Positions 41,352 through 50,814 of a stretch of 64,000 bases of DNA are shown piece by piece. The DNA is from Vulcanimicrobiota bacterium. Its GTDB lineage: Bacteria > Vulcanimicrobiota > Vulcanimicrobiia > Vulcanimicrobiales > Vulcanimicrobiaceae. The notes below the pieces were generated by a model that was not told the DNA's origin, searched no databases, and worked only from the letters and a program-made list of their open reading frames with translations. Within the stretch, counting starts at the first letter, position 1, and each line of letters opens with the position of its first letter. The translations under genes and the position numbers were made by a program. Location of the stretch: positions 1 through 64,000 of the forward strand of contig CAVZQC010000006.1 in the NCBI GenBank assembly GCA_963777315.1, in the 5' to 3' direction.

Positions 41352-42067
41352 TTCAGCAGGTCCATCGTCGTTTTCTCCACGCCGTCTTGCGCCGTGCCGG
41401 CGGCCCGAATCGCATCGAGCGTCAAGTATGCTTGCTGCAAACGCTCCAAACCCACGTCGAGATCGATACCGCTCCCGGCGCGCGCAAACGGTGCGATCGC
41501 GCCGAAGTTACCGTCGCCGGCGTTGCCGACGTGCGGCGTAACGCCGGACGGCGCGGCAACGTGCTGCGGGTCGACGGCTTGCAGTTTCGAGCCTGCGGCA
41601 AAACGCGCAAGACCGATGCGCCCCAAGGTTGCACGCTGCATTTCCCGCCGGCCGGTGCGCGGGTCGAAGACGCTGCGCTCGTACGTTACCAATCCGTCGG
41701 GCTGGATGCTCGCGTTCTGCGCTATCCCAAGTGCTGCGTCGACGGGATCGACGCAGAGCGGCGCGAGCGAGCTTCCTTCGGAGCGAAAGCCCTGCACGGG
41801 CAATCCTCGTTCGTCGACCAGCGCGCCCTGCTGCAGCCTGAACGAACCGTCGCGGCTGAAGAGCAGCCGCCCGCGCTCGTCGGCAGTGATGAAGTATGCG
41901 TCTTGCGGCGGCGCAGCGGAAAGGGCGTCGAGCGTGCGCGTCGCTGCCTGCGGCTGCGCAACGTCGCCGCGTTCGGGAACCGCGCCCGGAGCGTATGCCT
42001 GCAATACGTCGCGTTCGCGCGCTTGCAGTTCATCCAGCGCGCGCACAGTAGCATTTGAGATCAGCAT
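41348..42067 (-). CDS. Short flagellar rod/hook-family protein (FlgF/FlgG-like)
   Basis: YFI…FSRDGSF..QQG.LVD..GLPVQG, IQPDG.V, IGLARF; C-terminal helix ending ..TTMDLLK. Confidence 0.7.
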   Translation of the reverse strand: MLISNATVRALDELQARERDVLQAYAPGAVPERGDVAQPQAATRTLDALSAAPPQDAYFITADERGRLLFSRDGSFRLQQGALVDERGLPVQGFRSEGSSLAPLCVDPVDAALGIAQNASIQPDGLVTYERSVFDPRTGRREMQRATLGRIGLARFAAGSKLQAVDPQHVAAPSGVTPHVGNAGDGNFGAIAPFARAGSGIDLDVGLERLQQAYLTLDAIRAAGTAQDGVEKTTMDLLK

Positions 42068-42603
42068 GGTGCGCACTCCCGCGTTTGCGCGTGCAGATCG
42101 ATGCCGCGCAGCGCCAAGGAATACCGCGCCTGTTCGAGCGCGCGAGCCACTTGCGGCGCAGCCGGCGGCGCGCACAACGCGACGAGGATCAACTGCGGGC
42201 CGCGCAACTGGAGCATGACTTGAACGCGTCCGCGATCGCCCTCCAACGCAAACGCCGCTCTTCGCGGAGCGCTGCCGCGGTGCACGAGCGCCCGTTGAAT
42301 CTTGGTCGCGAGCGGCGTGCGCGCCGCGCGCCTTTCGGTTTGGGGAGCGCCTGCGGCAAAGAGCTCGCGCGCGTGCTCGGGCGGCGACGCTTGACGTTTG
42401 TCGGGGACGTCGCGCTGCATCGAAGGCTGGCGCTCGGTGCTGCGCTGCGCCCGCGGCATTTGCGGGCGTTCGCTGCTTTGCCGCGCAGGCGCCGCCTGCG
42501 GTGCGTACAGCGCGGAATACCATGCCTGTGAAAGCGCACGGCGATCTACGGCAGCCAGCGGTGCGGTGAGCACGCTGAAATTCAAATCCTCGGTGATGGT
42601 CAT
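42061..42603 (-). CDS. Hypothetical protein, possible miniature FliK/SctP-like length ruler
   Basis: Disordered Pro/Ala/Gln middle; C-term GRVQVML…L..VAL…ALEQAR.SL..RG resembles the FliK C domain. Confidence 0.45.
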   Translation of the reverse strand: MTITEDLNFSVLTAPLAAVDRRALSQAWYSALYAPQAAPARQSSERPQMPRAQRSTERQPSMQRDVPDKRQASPPEHARELFAAGAPQTERRAARTPLATKIQRALVHRGSAPRRAAFALEGDRGRVQVMLQLRGPQLILVALCAPPAAPQVARALEQARYSLALRGIDLHAQTRECAPC

Positions 42604-42634
42604 GCAGGCAGCATAGGCCGCCCGCATGACCGCG

Positions 42635-44266
42635 TTAATAGGGAATTGTTAACGTCTCCGTGCGCGAACGGTAGCGGCCGTCGTCGAACGCCGTCGATTC
42701 GGCGGCATAGATTTTGGCGTCGGCCACATCGAACGTCACGATCAAATTCCGCAGCACGCCCATACCGATGTTTCCGGCGTCGAACCGGTCGGCGAAGGCC
42801 CCATGCCGGCTCAGCATGATGTTGGAATACCGGTTAAAAAAGCGATACGATCCCACGTCGAGCTCGTCGACGATCGTGAAGACTGCCTGGGCTGCGCCGC
42901 CGACGCCGTAGCTGTTCGCGAACTGCCGGTCTCCGGGAGGAAGCAAATCCGGATGCGCCTTCATGAACGGTGAAAACAACAGCAGTTCGCCGCTGTTGCC
43001 GGTATCGAGCACGAAACGCCCGGGAATCCCGTCGACCTTGCCATGCACCTCGACGAGCTGACGGTCGACGTCGACGGCGATGGCTTCGCCGGGAGCATGC
43101 AGCGTGCCGGGCCGAGCGAACGTCATGGTTCCGCGCGCCGCGTCGATCGTCACTTCCGATGAAGCAAAGAACGGATAGCCCAGCACGCCGTCGGACCGAA
43201 ACAATCCCGTGACGTTGCTCAAATCCAAAACCGTCACCATGCGCAGCGGAAGCGTAGCCGAGCCGATCTGAATGCCGTCGATCGGCGCTATTCCCATGCC
43301 GCCCATACGCTTGGCGCCGGAAACTTCGAGATGGCCTTGCACGTGCAAACCTAACTGATCCGCTACGCGCGTATCCAGTACGACGGCCTGCGCTCCGGTG
43401 TCGACCAGGAACGTATATGGATGCCCGTGGATCGCCACCTGCACGTAGTAATGCTTGTTGTGCTCCTCGAGCGGTACGGTTACCGGCGCGGCGGCTCGGA
43501 TCTGGGTATTGGCGGGAATGGCGAATACGGACCGGTCCACTGCACCATCGACGCTGACGTGTTCGACGTAACGCTGCAAGTCGAAGTCGTGGTCGCCGTT
43601 GGAGTCGATTTCTTTTTGCGGTACGAGCGCTCCCGCGAAGACTTTATAGTCGTAATAATCCGACGTCGACGTGCCGTCCTGATCGTCGTAACTGACGCGA
43701 TCGATCATCATGTCGCTCGCGTCGAGTGCGACGGTCTCCGGCAAACCGCCCGGCGGCGTTACCAGGATGGCATAAGCCGCTCTTGCATCGGGCAACTGAA
43801 CTGCGCCCAAGAACGTATCGTATTGCGGATGCTTGACGAAGCCGTCCTCGTCGATGAAGTCTTGCGTGCGCTGTCGCTGCAGCAGCAGCCCGTTCAGCTC
43901 GCGCACGTTTCCGTTTTCATCCGACGCATACTGGCGATCGCCCACGCGCAGCGTCGATTGAAAGCGCACGCCGATCCATTGATCGTACCGCTGCCCAGCC
44001 GGCGCCGTCCAACTGTGAAAGGAACCGTCCAAACCCGCGCCCAGTATCGAGCCGGTCACTTCCAGGGTGCGCGGGGCGCGAACGGCGAGCTTTTGGAGCG
44101 CCGCGCTGCGAGCGGTAAGAACGTTTTGCAGCGTCGCAGGCGGTGCGCTCAATGCGGGCGCGGCGCACAACAGCAGCAGCGCGCCAATCAGCGTTGCGGT
44201 GCTACTGCGCCTTGTACTTCCGGTAGCTGTCCAGCACGTTCTGGACGTACGCCTGGGTTTCGGCAT
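42635..44266 (-). CDS. Exported protein with two retropepsin-like aspartyl protease domains (start uncertain)
   Basis: Signal-like LIGALLLLCAAPALSA; FLVDTGA…DGVLG and FVLDTGN…GNIG. Confidence 0.75.
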   Translation of the reverse strand: MPKPRRTSRTCWTATGSTRRSSTATLIGALLLLCAAPALSAPPATLQNVLTARSAALQKLAVRAPRTLEVTGSILGAGLDGSFHSWTAPAGQRYDQWIGVRFQSTLRVGDRQYASDENGNVRELNGLLLQRQRTQDFIDEDGFVKHPQYDTFLGAVQLPDARAAYAILVTPPGGLPETVALDASDMMIDRVSYDDQDGTSTSDYYDYKVFAGALVPQKEIDSNGDHDFDLQRYVEHVSVDGAVDRSVFAIPANTQIRAAAPVTVPLEEHNKHYYVQVAIHGHPYTFLVDTGAQAVVLDTRVADQLGLHVQGHLEVSGAKRMGGMGIAPIDGIQIGSATLPLRMVTVLDLSNVTGLFRSDGVLGYPFFASSEVTIDAARGTMTFARPGTLHAPGEAIAVDVDRQLVEVHGKVDGIPGRFVLDTGNSGELLLFSPFMKAHPDLLPPGDRQFANSYGVGGAAQAVFTIVDELDVGSYRFFNRYSNIMLSRHGAFADRFDAGNIGMGVLRNLIVTFDVADAKIYAAESTAFDDGRYRSRTETLTIPY

Positions 44267-44771
44267 AAGGTGGAACCCCGCCATACTTCTCGACCGCCCC
44301 CGGTCCGGCATTGTATGCGGCCACCGCCAGCGGAAGATCACCATGGAAACGCTCGAGCAGGCCCCGAATGTAACGGGTGCCGCCCCAAACGTTTTGCGCC
44401 GGGTCGTATGCGTTGCCCACGCCCAGCTGCGCGGCGGTTCCCGGCTCGAGCTGCATGAGCCCCTGCGCGCCGGTTTTCGAGGTCGCGCTTGCGTCGAAGC
44501 CCGACTCGTTCGCGATAATCGCCTTGACCAGCGCCGGATCGACGCCCCAGGTGCTTGCATCGGCGTTCACCAGCCGGTCGATTTGGGGCGGCGGAATCGT
44601 GTTGGGCCCCTGCGTAGGCTGCAGCGGAGCATCCGATTGTGGATTCATCGCTTGCGCGACCATCGAGGCAAAGGACGCCGCCGGCGAGTCGGGCGCAGCC
44701 TGCCGCATGGGCTCGCCGGTAATTTCGGCAATCCGGCGGGTTACGGCCGCGATGTCGCTGAGCACGTTCAT
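44202..44771 (-). CDS. Lytic transglycosylase (SLT)
   Basis: AIIANESGF, GAQGLMQL, AAYNAG, ETQAYV. Confidence 0.9.
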   Translation of the reverse strand: MNVLSDIAAVTRRIAEITGEPMRQAAPDSPAASFASMVAQAMNPQSDAPLQPTQGPNTIPPPQIDRLVNADASTWGVDPALVKAIIANESGFDASATSKTGAQGLMQLEPGTAAQLGVGNAYDPAQNVWGGTRYIRGLLERFHGDLPLAVAAYNAGPGAVEKYGGVPPYAETQAYVQNVLDSYRKYKAQ

Positions 44772-46010
44772 GATAATTCCTTCACCTTATCGGCAAGTAG
44801 GGCTAGCGCCGATAGCGTGTGGTCCGGGGGCACCGGCTGTTTGCCTTGCCGCAAAAAGCGTTCGAGGGCTTCTTCCTGTGCGGCGGCGATTGCCGCATCG
44901 CCGTCTTTGGCGACGATTCCCAGCGCTCGGGCATCCGCCGTTTGAGCCAACGCGGCCACGCCGGCGCGAACCGTGCGCGCGTTTTCCCAATGCTCGTCGC
45001 TCGACGACGCGTTCCATCGTGCGGCTCGTGCTGCCCAGGACGTCGATGGCCGGATGCCGCCCCGCGTTCGCCAAGCGCGCCGACAACTCAATGTGGCCGT
45101 CGAGCAGCGCGCGAGCGCAGTCGCTCACGGGGTCGCGTTCGTCGCCGTCGGACAGCACCGTTGCAGCCAGCGTGATCGATCCGCCGTGCGCATTGCCTGC
45201 AATTTCGACGTAGGCCGCCAGCTCGGCGAAAACGCTGCCGGGATAACCGCCTCGGCCCACCGGCTCGCCGCCGGCCAACGCGATCTCGCGCAGCGCTGCG
45301 GCAAACCGCGCCAAACTGTCGAGCACCAGCAGCACGTTCAGCCCGCTCGCACGCAGCGCGTGGGCCTGCGCCATTGCCGCACGCGCGGCGCGCACGCGTT
45401 CTGCAGCGCTGCGATCGCTCGTCGCGCAGACGATCGACGCAAAGCGCGGCGCGCTGCGGATCCATTCCTGCGCCTCTCTTCCGCGTTCCCCGACCAGGCC
45501 CACGACGACGGCGTCCGCGTGCGATCCGCGAACCATTCGATCGACGATCGTCGATTTGCCGCAGCCGGGCGCACCGAAGAATCCGACGCGCGCGCCGCGT
45601 CCGATCGTCAATAAGCCGTCGATCGCGCGAATGCCCGTCCAAAACGGCCGTTCGATAGAGACGCGCTGCGCCGGCAACGGAGCTTTGGGCACAACGGACC
45701 GGCGGCGTCCTTTGAGCTGCGGACCGCCGTCCAAGACCATGCCTCTCGCATCGAAGCTGCGTCCGAGAACCATCGTCCCAAGCGGCATCGTCAGCGCCGC
45801 GGGATCCGTGCAGACGACGTCCCCGCGCCGGACTCCGTCGATGGCGTCGTGCGCCGCCACCGTCGCGTAACCGTCGCGCAGCGCCGTCACCACGCCGGTT
45901 ATTTCGCCGTTTGCGGTACGCACGCAAACGCCGTGGCCGACCGCGGCACCGGGGATGCGAGCTTGCAGCAATCCGCTCGCGGCCCCGAGTATCGTACCGT
46001 ACGCAATCAC
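44768..46010 (-). CDS. fliI: Type III export ATPase FliI/SctN; frameshift near 45000
   Basis: TGIRAID, Walker A GAPGCGKS, GERGRE, DSLARFA, GSIT, LDGHI, SRTM. Confidence 0.9.
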
Positions 46011-46504
46011 GAACGCAGTGCCGCAAGTACGCCGGCCAAACGCGCGCCTAAACCGGCATCAACGCAGCCGCAACGCAGTTCGATGACCGCGTCCCCTTCG
46101 CGCAAGCGTTCGTCCGCGACAACGGGTACGCTGCAGGTCAGCGCATCGGCTTGAGCGGGATGAACGCGGACGCGCATCGGTGCTTCGGAAAAATAGCGTT
46201 GCAGTGCCCGCTCGACGATGACGTCGATGCTCGCCGGTGCAAGCTGCAGTTCGCGCGCCAGCACGTCGACCGCTACGTCGGCCAGCACCGTTTCGACCGC
46301 GGATGCAACTCCCTCGGTGACGCGTGCGCGAAACGTTCGAACGTCACGCAGCGCATCGGCGCCGGCTTGAAAACATTCGTCGAACTCCGAGTCTTGAGGC
46401 GTTGCAGCCGGCTGCGGCTCTGCGGGCGCGGCACAGGCACGTTCGCCGTCAGCGGCGTGCGGCTCGAGCACCATTGAAGCCAGGGTGCGGAATCCGTCAG
46501 GCAT
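46007..46504 (-). CDS. fliH: FliH/SctL-like stator stalk
   Basis: VRVHP, D..L..GD.VIE…G.VDA; immediately upstream of fliI. Confidence 0.75.
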   Translation of the reverse strand: MPDGFRTLASMVLEPHAADGERACAAPAEPQPAATPQDSEFDECFQAGADALRDVRTFRARVTEGVASAVETVLADVAVDVLARELQLAPASIDVIVERALQRYFSEAPMRVRVHPAQADALTCSVPVVADERLREGDAVIELRCGCVDAGLGARLAGVLAALRS

Positions 46505-47960
46505 CGGCGATGAATCTTTGCGCGTCCGGCAGCAAAGGCGAAACCGGGCGCTGCATTCGCGCGACTATCGCGGCGCGCTCGTGTTCGGGATACATGTCGA
46601 GCACCGCTGCGGCCGTGGCTGCGGGCAAGGCGCTGATGATGGCCGCGGCGGCATGCGCAGGTTCGTTGCGCAGCGCACCGCGCACGTCGGCGGCCGGAAT
46701 GCCGCGCACCGCATCGGCCGTTCTGACGATTGACGCTCGCTGCGCCAAAGCGCGAGCCAACGTGCTCAGTGCCGGAGCCAGCCGGCGCAATGCCAGCAAC
46801 CCTGCAATCGCGGCAACCAGCGACGGCAGTACCGGAACCATAGCCCCGTACGCCAGCCACCATCCGTCCTTTTTGGCGATGGGAGCGTGCGAGAACGACA
46901 CCGCTTCAACGTCGAGCGAATCGCCGCGGTGCGGGTCGATGCCCAGCGTTGCCCGCGCGAGCGACTTTACTTGCGCAACGTCCGAAACGCGCGCGGCATC
47001 GAGAAACACGGCGGCGGAGATGCGCGCAATGCGGCCCGGCTGCGCCGAAGCTGCAACCTCGTGCGTATCGCTTCCGCGATCGACCTGCTGCTCGGTCTTA
47101 TCGTAGCGTTTGCCCGCTCCGTCGAAGCGCTCGTCCTGCGTCGCAGCGGCGATCGGCGTTGCGGACAGCGGCGTACGCCGCACGTCGCGGCTGGTTATCG
47201 TGCGACGATCGTATTCGACATGCACGCGCACGATCGCCGCACCCGCGCCGATTGCGCCGTCCAGCGCGCTCTGAAGCGATCGCTGCAGATCGTCGCCGTC
47301 GCCTTGGGCGCTTCCATCACCCAGTGCGAGGCCGCGATCGTCGACGATCGTAACGTTGCGCGCATCCAGCCCCGGAACGCTCGCCGCCACGAACGCGCGC
47401 ATGCCCGAAACCGCATCGGCAGACACGCGCGCACCCGGAATCAGCCGCAACCGCACGCTGGCGCTCGCGTCGCGGCTGGTGTCGTCGGCAAAGTACCCTT
47501 GTTTGGCAGGCGCGATGATGACGCGCGCGTCTTGCACACCGTCGATTCCCCGCAGCGCCAGCTCGATGTCGCCGGAAAGACCGTCGCGTGTTTGCGCGTC
47601 GATCACCGCTTGCGGCGTGAGCGCGCCCAAGTTCGCGAGCAAATCCTGCGAGCCGTCGACGTGCGCGTGGGGAACTCCGGCCATCGACAGCCGCAACAGC
47701 AACTCGTTGCGGTGCTTGCCGTCGACGAGCACATTGTCGGCGGACGGAGTGAAGGCAATGTTCCAGCCGGCCAAACGCTCTTCCACTTCACTGAGTTGCT
47801 CGGGGTGGAGCGGCGCGGCAAAGAGAACGCTGCGCTGCGGATGCGCAACGACGCCGCCCACCAGCGCGATGCCAACGGCGAGCGCGAAGCCCGCAACGGT
47901 CAGGGCGCGTGTGCGCAAAGGTAAAGCAGCGAAGCGCGCGAGCAGTGCAGCAGCGTCCAC
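46497..47960 (-). CDS. fliF: MS-ring protein FliF fused to a FliG-middle-domain-like C-terminus
   Basis: N-terminal TM, IDGVQDARV.I, ASASV, ASVPGL…NVTIVD, GIDP.RGD, second TM, then LRNEPAHAAAAIISALP…AAVL…ERAAIVARM. Confidence 0.8.
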   Translation of the reverse strand: MDAAALLARFAALPLRTRALTVAGFALAVGIALVGGVVAHPQRSVLFAAPLHPEQLSEVEERLAGWNIAFTPSADNVLVDGKHRNELLLRLSMAGVPHAHVDGSQDLLANLGALTPQAVIDAQTRDGLSGDIELALRGIDGVQDARVIIAPAKQGYFADDTSRDASASVRLRLIPGARVSADAVSGMRAFVAASVPGLDARNVTIVDDRGLALGDGSAQGDGDDLQRSLQSALDGAIGAGAAIVRVHVEYDRRTITSRDVRRTPLSATPIAAATQDERFDGAGKRYDKTEQQVDRGSDTHEVAASAQPGRIARISAAVFLDAARVSDVAQVKSLARATLGIDPHRGDSLDVEAVSFSHAPIAKKDGWWLAYGAMVPVLPSLVAAIAGLLALRRLAPALSTLARALAQRASIVRTADAVRGIPAADVRGALRNEPAHAAAAIISALPAATAAAVLDMYPEHERAAIVARMQRPVSPLLPDAQRFIADA

Positions 47961-47963
47961 CGC

Positions 47964-48242
47964 CTACACCTGCATGTTCATGATCGACGCAATCGCTTGC
48001 GCGCTGCGCTGCGCCGCCGCCGTCGCAACGGAAAGCGCCACGTCGGCGCGCGCGCGTTCGTAAACGGCCGTCTGCAAATCGCCCACGCCGGCGGCAAAGC
48101 CGTCTTCGGCGCGTTCGGCCTTGCCGAAAACCGCGCCCAAATCGTCGAGAATACCGCCGAAGGCGTTCGCATCCGGCGCAGTTTGCGCGGGTTGCGCGCC
48201 ATCCGGCAGCGGAATATCGGGTACGAGCGGTTCGATCCTCAC
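47964..48242 (-). CDS. fliE: FliE-like basal-body protein
   Basis: G..DL…RA.VALS…IMNMQV C-terminus. Confidence 0.8.
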   Translation of the reverse strand: MRIEPLVPDIPLPDGAQPAQTAPDANAFGGILDDLGAVFGKAERAEDGFAAGVGDLQTAVYERARADVALSVATAAAQRSAQAIASIMNMQV

Positions 48243-48574
48243 AGCCGCCCCATGTCGATGGTTCGCAGCGCGAGCTGCTTGCCGACGTCGAACACCGATG
48301 CATTGGCTTCGTACGCCCGCGTCGAGTTGAGTACGGCAACCATTTCGGTAAGCACGTCGACGCTCGATCCCCGCTGCACGTGCGCGCCGGCATACGCAAC
48401 CTCGGGCGAATCATCGTCGCTTTGCGTCAACGCAAAATCCGGAACGAGGCGCTCGTATGAACCTTTGGGACCGGCGGCCTCGGCGGCCGCGACATTGCGC
48501 GCTTCCACGTCGAGCGCGTCGCGCTGGGCCTCCATGCCGGCGGCGGCCATGCGCAGCAAGCCCAAGCTATCCAT
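48239..48574 (-). CDS. flgC: FlgC-like proximal rod protein (short)
   Basis: AAAGMEAQR..LDV.A.N.A; VD…EMV…RAYEAN…ALRTIDMG. Confidence 0.75.
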   Translation of the reverse strand: MDSLGLLRMAAAGMEAQRDALDVEARNVAAAEAAGPKGSYERLVPDFALTQSDDDSPEVAYAGAHVQRGSSVDVLTEMVAVLNSTRAYEANASVFDVGKQLALRTIDMGRL

Positions 48575-48785
48575 GAGTCACGCTCTTGATTTCGGCCAGG
48601 CGCGCGTGCACGGCGCTCAAAATCGCTTGGGTGAAAAGCGCGCGTTCGGCAACTCCGGCCATGGCAGCGTCGACGCGCGGGCTCCCGAACGGAGTTTGCG
48701 CGCGTCCGGTGGCCGAAGCTGCTGATCCCAGTGCTTGGCGCGCTGCCGAGAGCGCGCCGGTCAAAGTGTCGGCTACGTCAAACAT
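48567..48785 (-). CDS. Tiny FlgB-like protein (positional call)
   Basis: 72 aa, first gene of the cluster, upstream of flgC; VDAAMA…A…F C-terminal pattern. Confidence 0.45.
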   Translation of the reverse strand: MFDVADTLTGALSAARQALGSAASATGRAQTPFGSPRVDAAMAGVAERALFTQAILSAVHARLAEIKSVTHG

Positions 48786-48819
48786 GCGCCAACGCTAGCG
48801 CGCGAATATGTCCCGGACG

Positions 48820-49896
48820 TTACGGTGATGCTGTCGTTCGCGGCAACGGCAAACCCCGGCCGTCCAGCGGTATGCCGGCAAACAGGCGCGTAACCTCGTC
48901 GTAATTTTCGACGCCCGAAGCGATATGGTTTGACTTGAGGTAATTGTTGTACACGCGCCAGGAGAACCGGGAGAGGTTCAAGTTGACGAAATGGGCGTTG
49001 CGTTTGCGAACGGCGGCAAAGTCGGCCCACACCTGCGCAACGAAAAGCGAATGCCGGTACGTTTTGAGCGGGGGCAGATACAGAAAAAGTTCGAAGGCGC
49101 CCGAATACTGCGCCACCGGATCGCCGTCGCGCAGACACGTGACGGCGGCAATGTAGTTCGCCTCGTTCTCCCGGTTGAACCCCGCAACGTGGCTCCATTC
49201 GTGCGCCTGTGAGAACGGCCGCTCGAACCACAACAAATCGGGCGCGAGCTGCGTTTCGAGCGTAAACGGGTTGGTGAAACCGCTCGTGCCGCTGCGATCC
49301 ATGAACCAGCCTGCCAGCGTTGGTTTGGGAGCGTCTACGTTCGGCGTCCACTCATCGCCCAGACGCCGGACGACCGGCGTCCAGGCGTCGCGCAGGCGGG
49401 CATAGGCCAGCGGATCGTCAGCATGCATTCGATGGGCGATCGGCGCGAGGGCGTTCATGCGCGCGATGATGCTCGTGCGCAACGCGTCGATAGCGGCCGG
49501 AGTGAGCCGCGAAGGTTGGAAGTCGGCGCGCGTTTCCACCGGAGCGCGATCGTAACCAAAGCCCCATCCGCCGTAGAACCACACTGCGTACAGTCCCGCA
49601 ACGGCGGCTGCGCCCACGACTGCGCGCCAAAACGGACGCACGAAGAACAGCGTCGCCAATACGGCCGCCGCACCGGCTATCGCCACCGCATCGCCCAGCG
49701 AAAAAGGAACGGCCGGTGTGAACGACGACCAAAAATCTTGCCACTTGGGATAGTAGCCGTTGATGAACGTTGCCTCGACCCACTGCGGCGAAGGCCGCCA
49801 AAGCGCCGCGATGACGCCCGCGGCGATGAGGGCCAGGTGCAGCGGGAACCAGGGATATGGAAAAGAGCCGCTTGCGGCGGCCCTTCTTCGAGGCAT
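48820..49896 (-). CDS. DUF3810-like membrane metallopeptidase
   Basis: N-terminal TMs, SGFTNPFTLE, AHEWSH..G..RENEANY. Confidence 0.75.
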   Translation of the reverse strand: MPRRRAAASGSFPYPWFPLHLALIAAGVIAALWRPSPQWVEATFINGYYPKWQDFWSSFTPAVPFSLGDAVAIAGAAAVLATLFFVRPFWRAVVGAAAVAGLYAVWFYGGWGFGYDRAPVETRADFQPSRLTPAAIDALRTSIIARMNALAPIAHRMHADDPLAYARLRDAWTPVVRRLGDEWTPNVDAPKPTLAGWFMDRSGTSGFTNPFTLETQLAPDLLWFERPFSQAHEWSHVAGFNRENEANYIAAVTCLRDGDPVAQYSGAFELFLYLPPLKTYRHSLFVAQVWADFAAVRKRNAHFVNLNLSRFSWRVYNNYLKSNHIASGVENYDEVTRLFAGIPLDGRGLPLPRTTASP

Positions 49897-50285
49897 CAGC
49901 GCTTGGAGAACTGGAAGCGTTTGCGGGCGCGCTTGCGGCCGTACTTCTTCGATTCCTTCTCTCGCGGATCGCGGGTCAGCAGGCCGTGCTTACGCAGCGC
50001 TTCGCGCAGCGACTCATCCATCGACAGGAGAGCGCGGGCGATTCCATGGCGCACTGCGCCGGCTTGTCCGGCAATTCCGCCGCCTTGGGTCTTCACGTCG
50101 ATGTCGAATCGAGAAACGCTTTGCGTTGCTTCGAGCGCTTGGCGCACGATCTGCTGCAGCGTGGGGCGGGGAAAATAATCGTCGATCGAGCGTTTGTTGA
50201 TCGTGATGATGCCTTGTCCCAACGTGATGCGCACTCGCGCGATCGAGCGTTTACGGCGTCCGGTACCTTGAAAATTATCGATCAC
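49896..50285 (-). CDS. rpsI: 30S ribosomal protein S9
   Basis: GTGRRK, GGG..GQAGA, KKYGRKRARKRFQFSKR; AGGAG + GTG 50285. Confidence 0.97.
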   Translation of the reverse strand: MIDNFQGTGRRKRSIARVRITLGQGIITINKRSIDDYFPRPTLQQIVRQALEATQSVSRFDIDVKTQGGGIAGQAGAVRHGIARALLSMDESLREALRKHGLLTRDPREKESKKYGRKRARKRFQFSKR

Positions 50286-50292
50286 GATTCTC

Positions 50293-50718
50293 CTACGCCA
50301 GCGGCTGCGGCTGCTGCGCCTGATGAGGATGCGCCGCACCGGTATAGACGTTCAAACGGTTGAGCTGCACGTTGCGCGTTCGGTTGGTCGGCAGCATGCC
50401 GCGCACCGCCCGCTCTATCAGGCGCTCGGGATGCTTGTCCCGAACCTCGCGCGCCGTTTCAGTCTTCAAACCGCCGGGATAGCCGCTGTGGCGATAGTAG
50501 ATTTTTTGATCCCACTTGTTGCCGCCAAGCTCCACTTTGTCGGCATTGATGACCACGACATGGTCGCCGTCGTCGATGTGCGGGGTCCACGTCGGCTTGT
50601 GCTTGCCGGAAAGGGCGCGCGCGATGCGCACGGCCAGCGTGCCGAGCCGCTGTCCGGCGGCGTCGACGATGTACCAGTCGTGCTGGGTTTGCGCGGTCTT
50701 GCGTTGATACGTCCGCAT
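50293..50718 (-). CDS. rplM: 50S ribosomal protein L13
   Basis: W.IVDA, GKHKP.WTPH.D.GD, HSGYPGG, AVRGMLP. Confidence 0.97.
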   Translation of the reverse strand: MRTYQRKTAQTQHDWYIVDAAGQRLGTLAVRIARALSGKHKPTWTPHIDDGDHVVVINADKVELGGNKWDQKIYYRHSGYPGGLKTETAREVRDKHPERLIERAVRGMLPTNRTRNVQLNRLNVYTGAAHPHQAQQPQPLA

Positions 50719-50777
50719 AACTGCGCAAGTCTACGGGAATTTGGGCGTGCCGTCAAGCCGTTTGCGTGGAAAAGTAG

Positions 50778-50807
50778 TTGACAAATATTTGAGTCCGCAA
50801 GTACTAT
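50778..50807 (+). promoter_or_regulatory. Sigma70 promoter with overlapping palindromic operator for the MarR gene
   Basis: TTGACA (50778) - 18 nt - TACTAT (50802); TATTTG-N6-CAAGTA in the spacer. Confidence 0.6.
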
Positions 50808-50814
50808 GTCCGCC

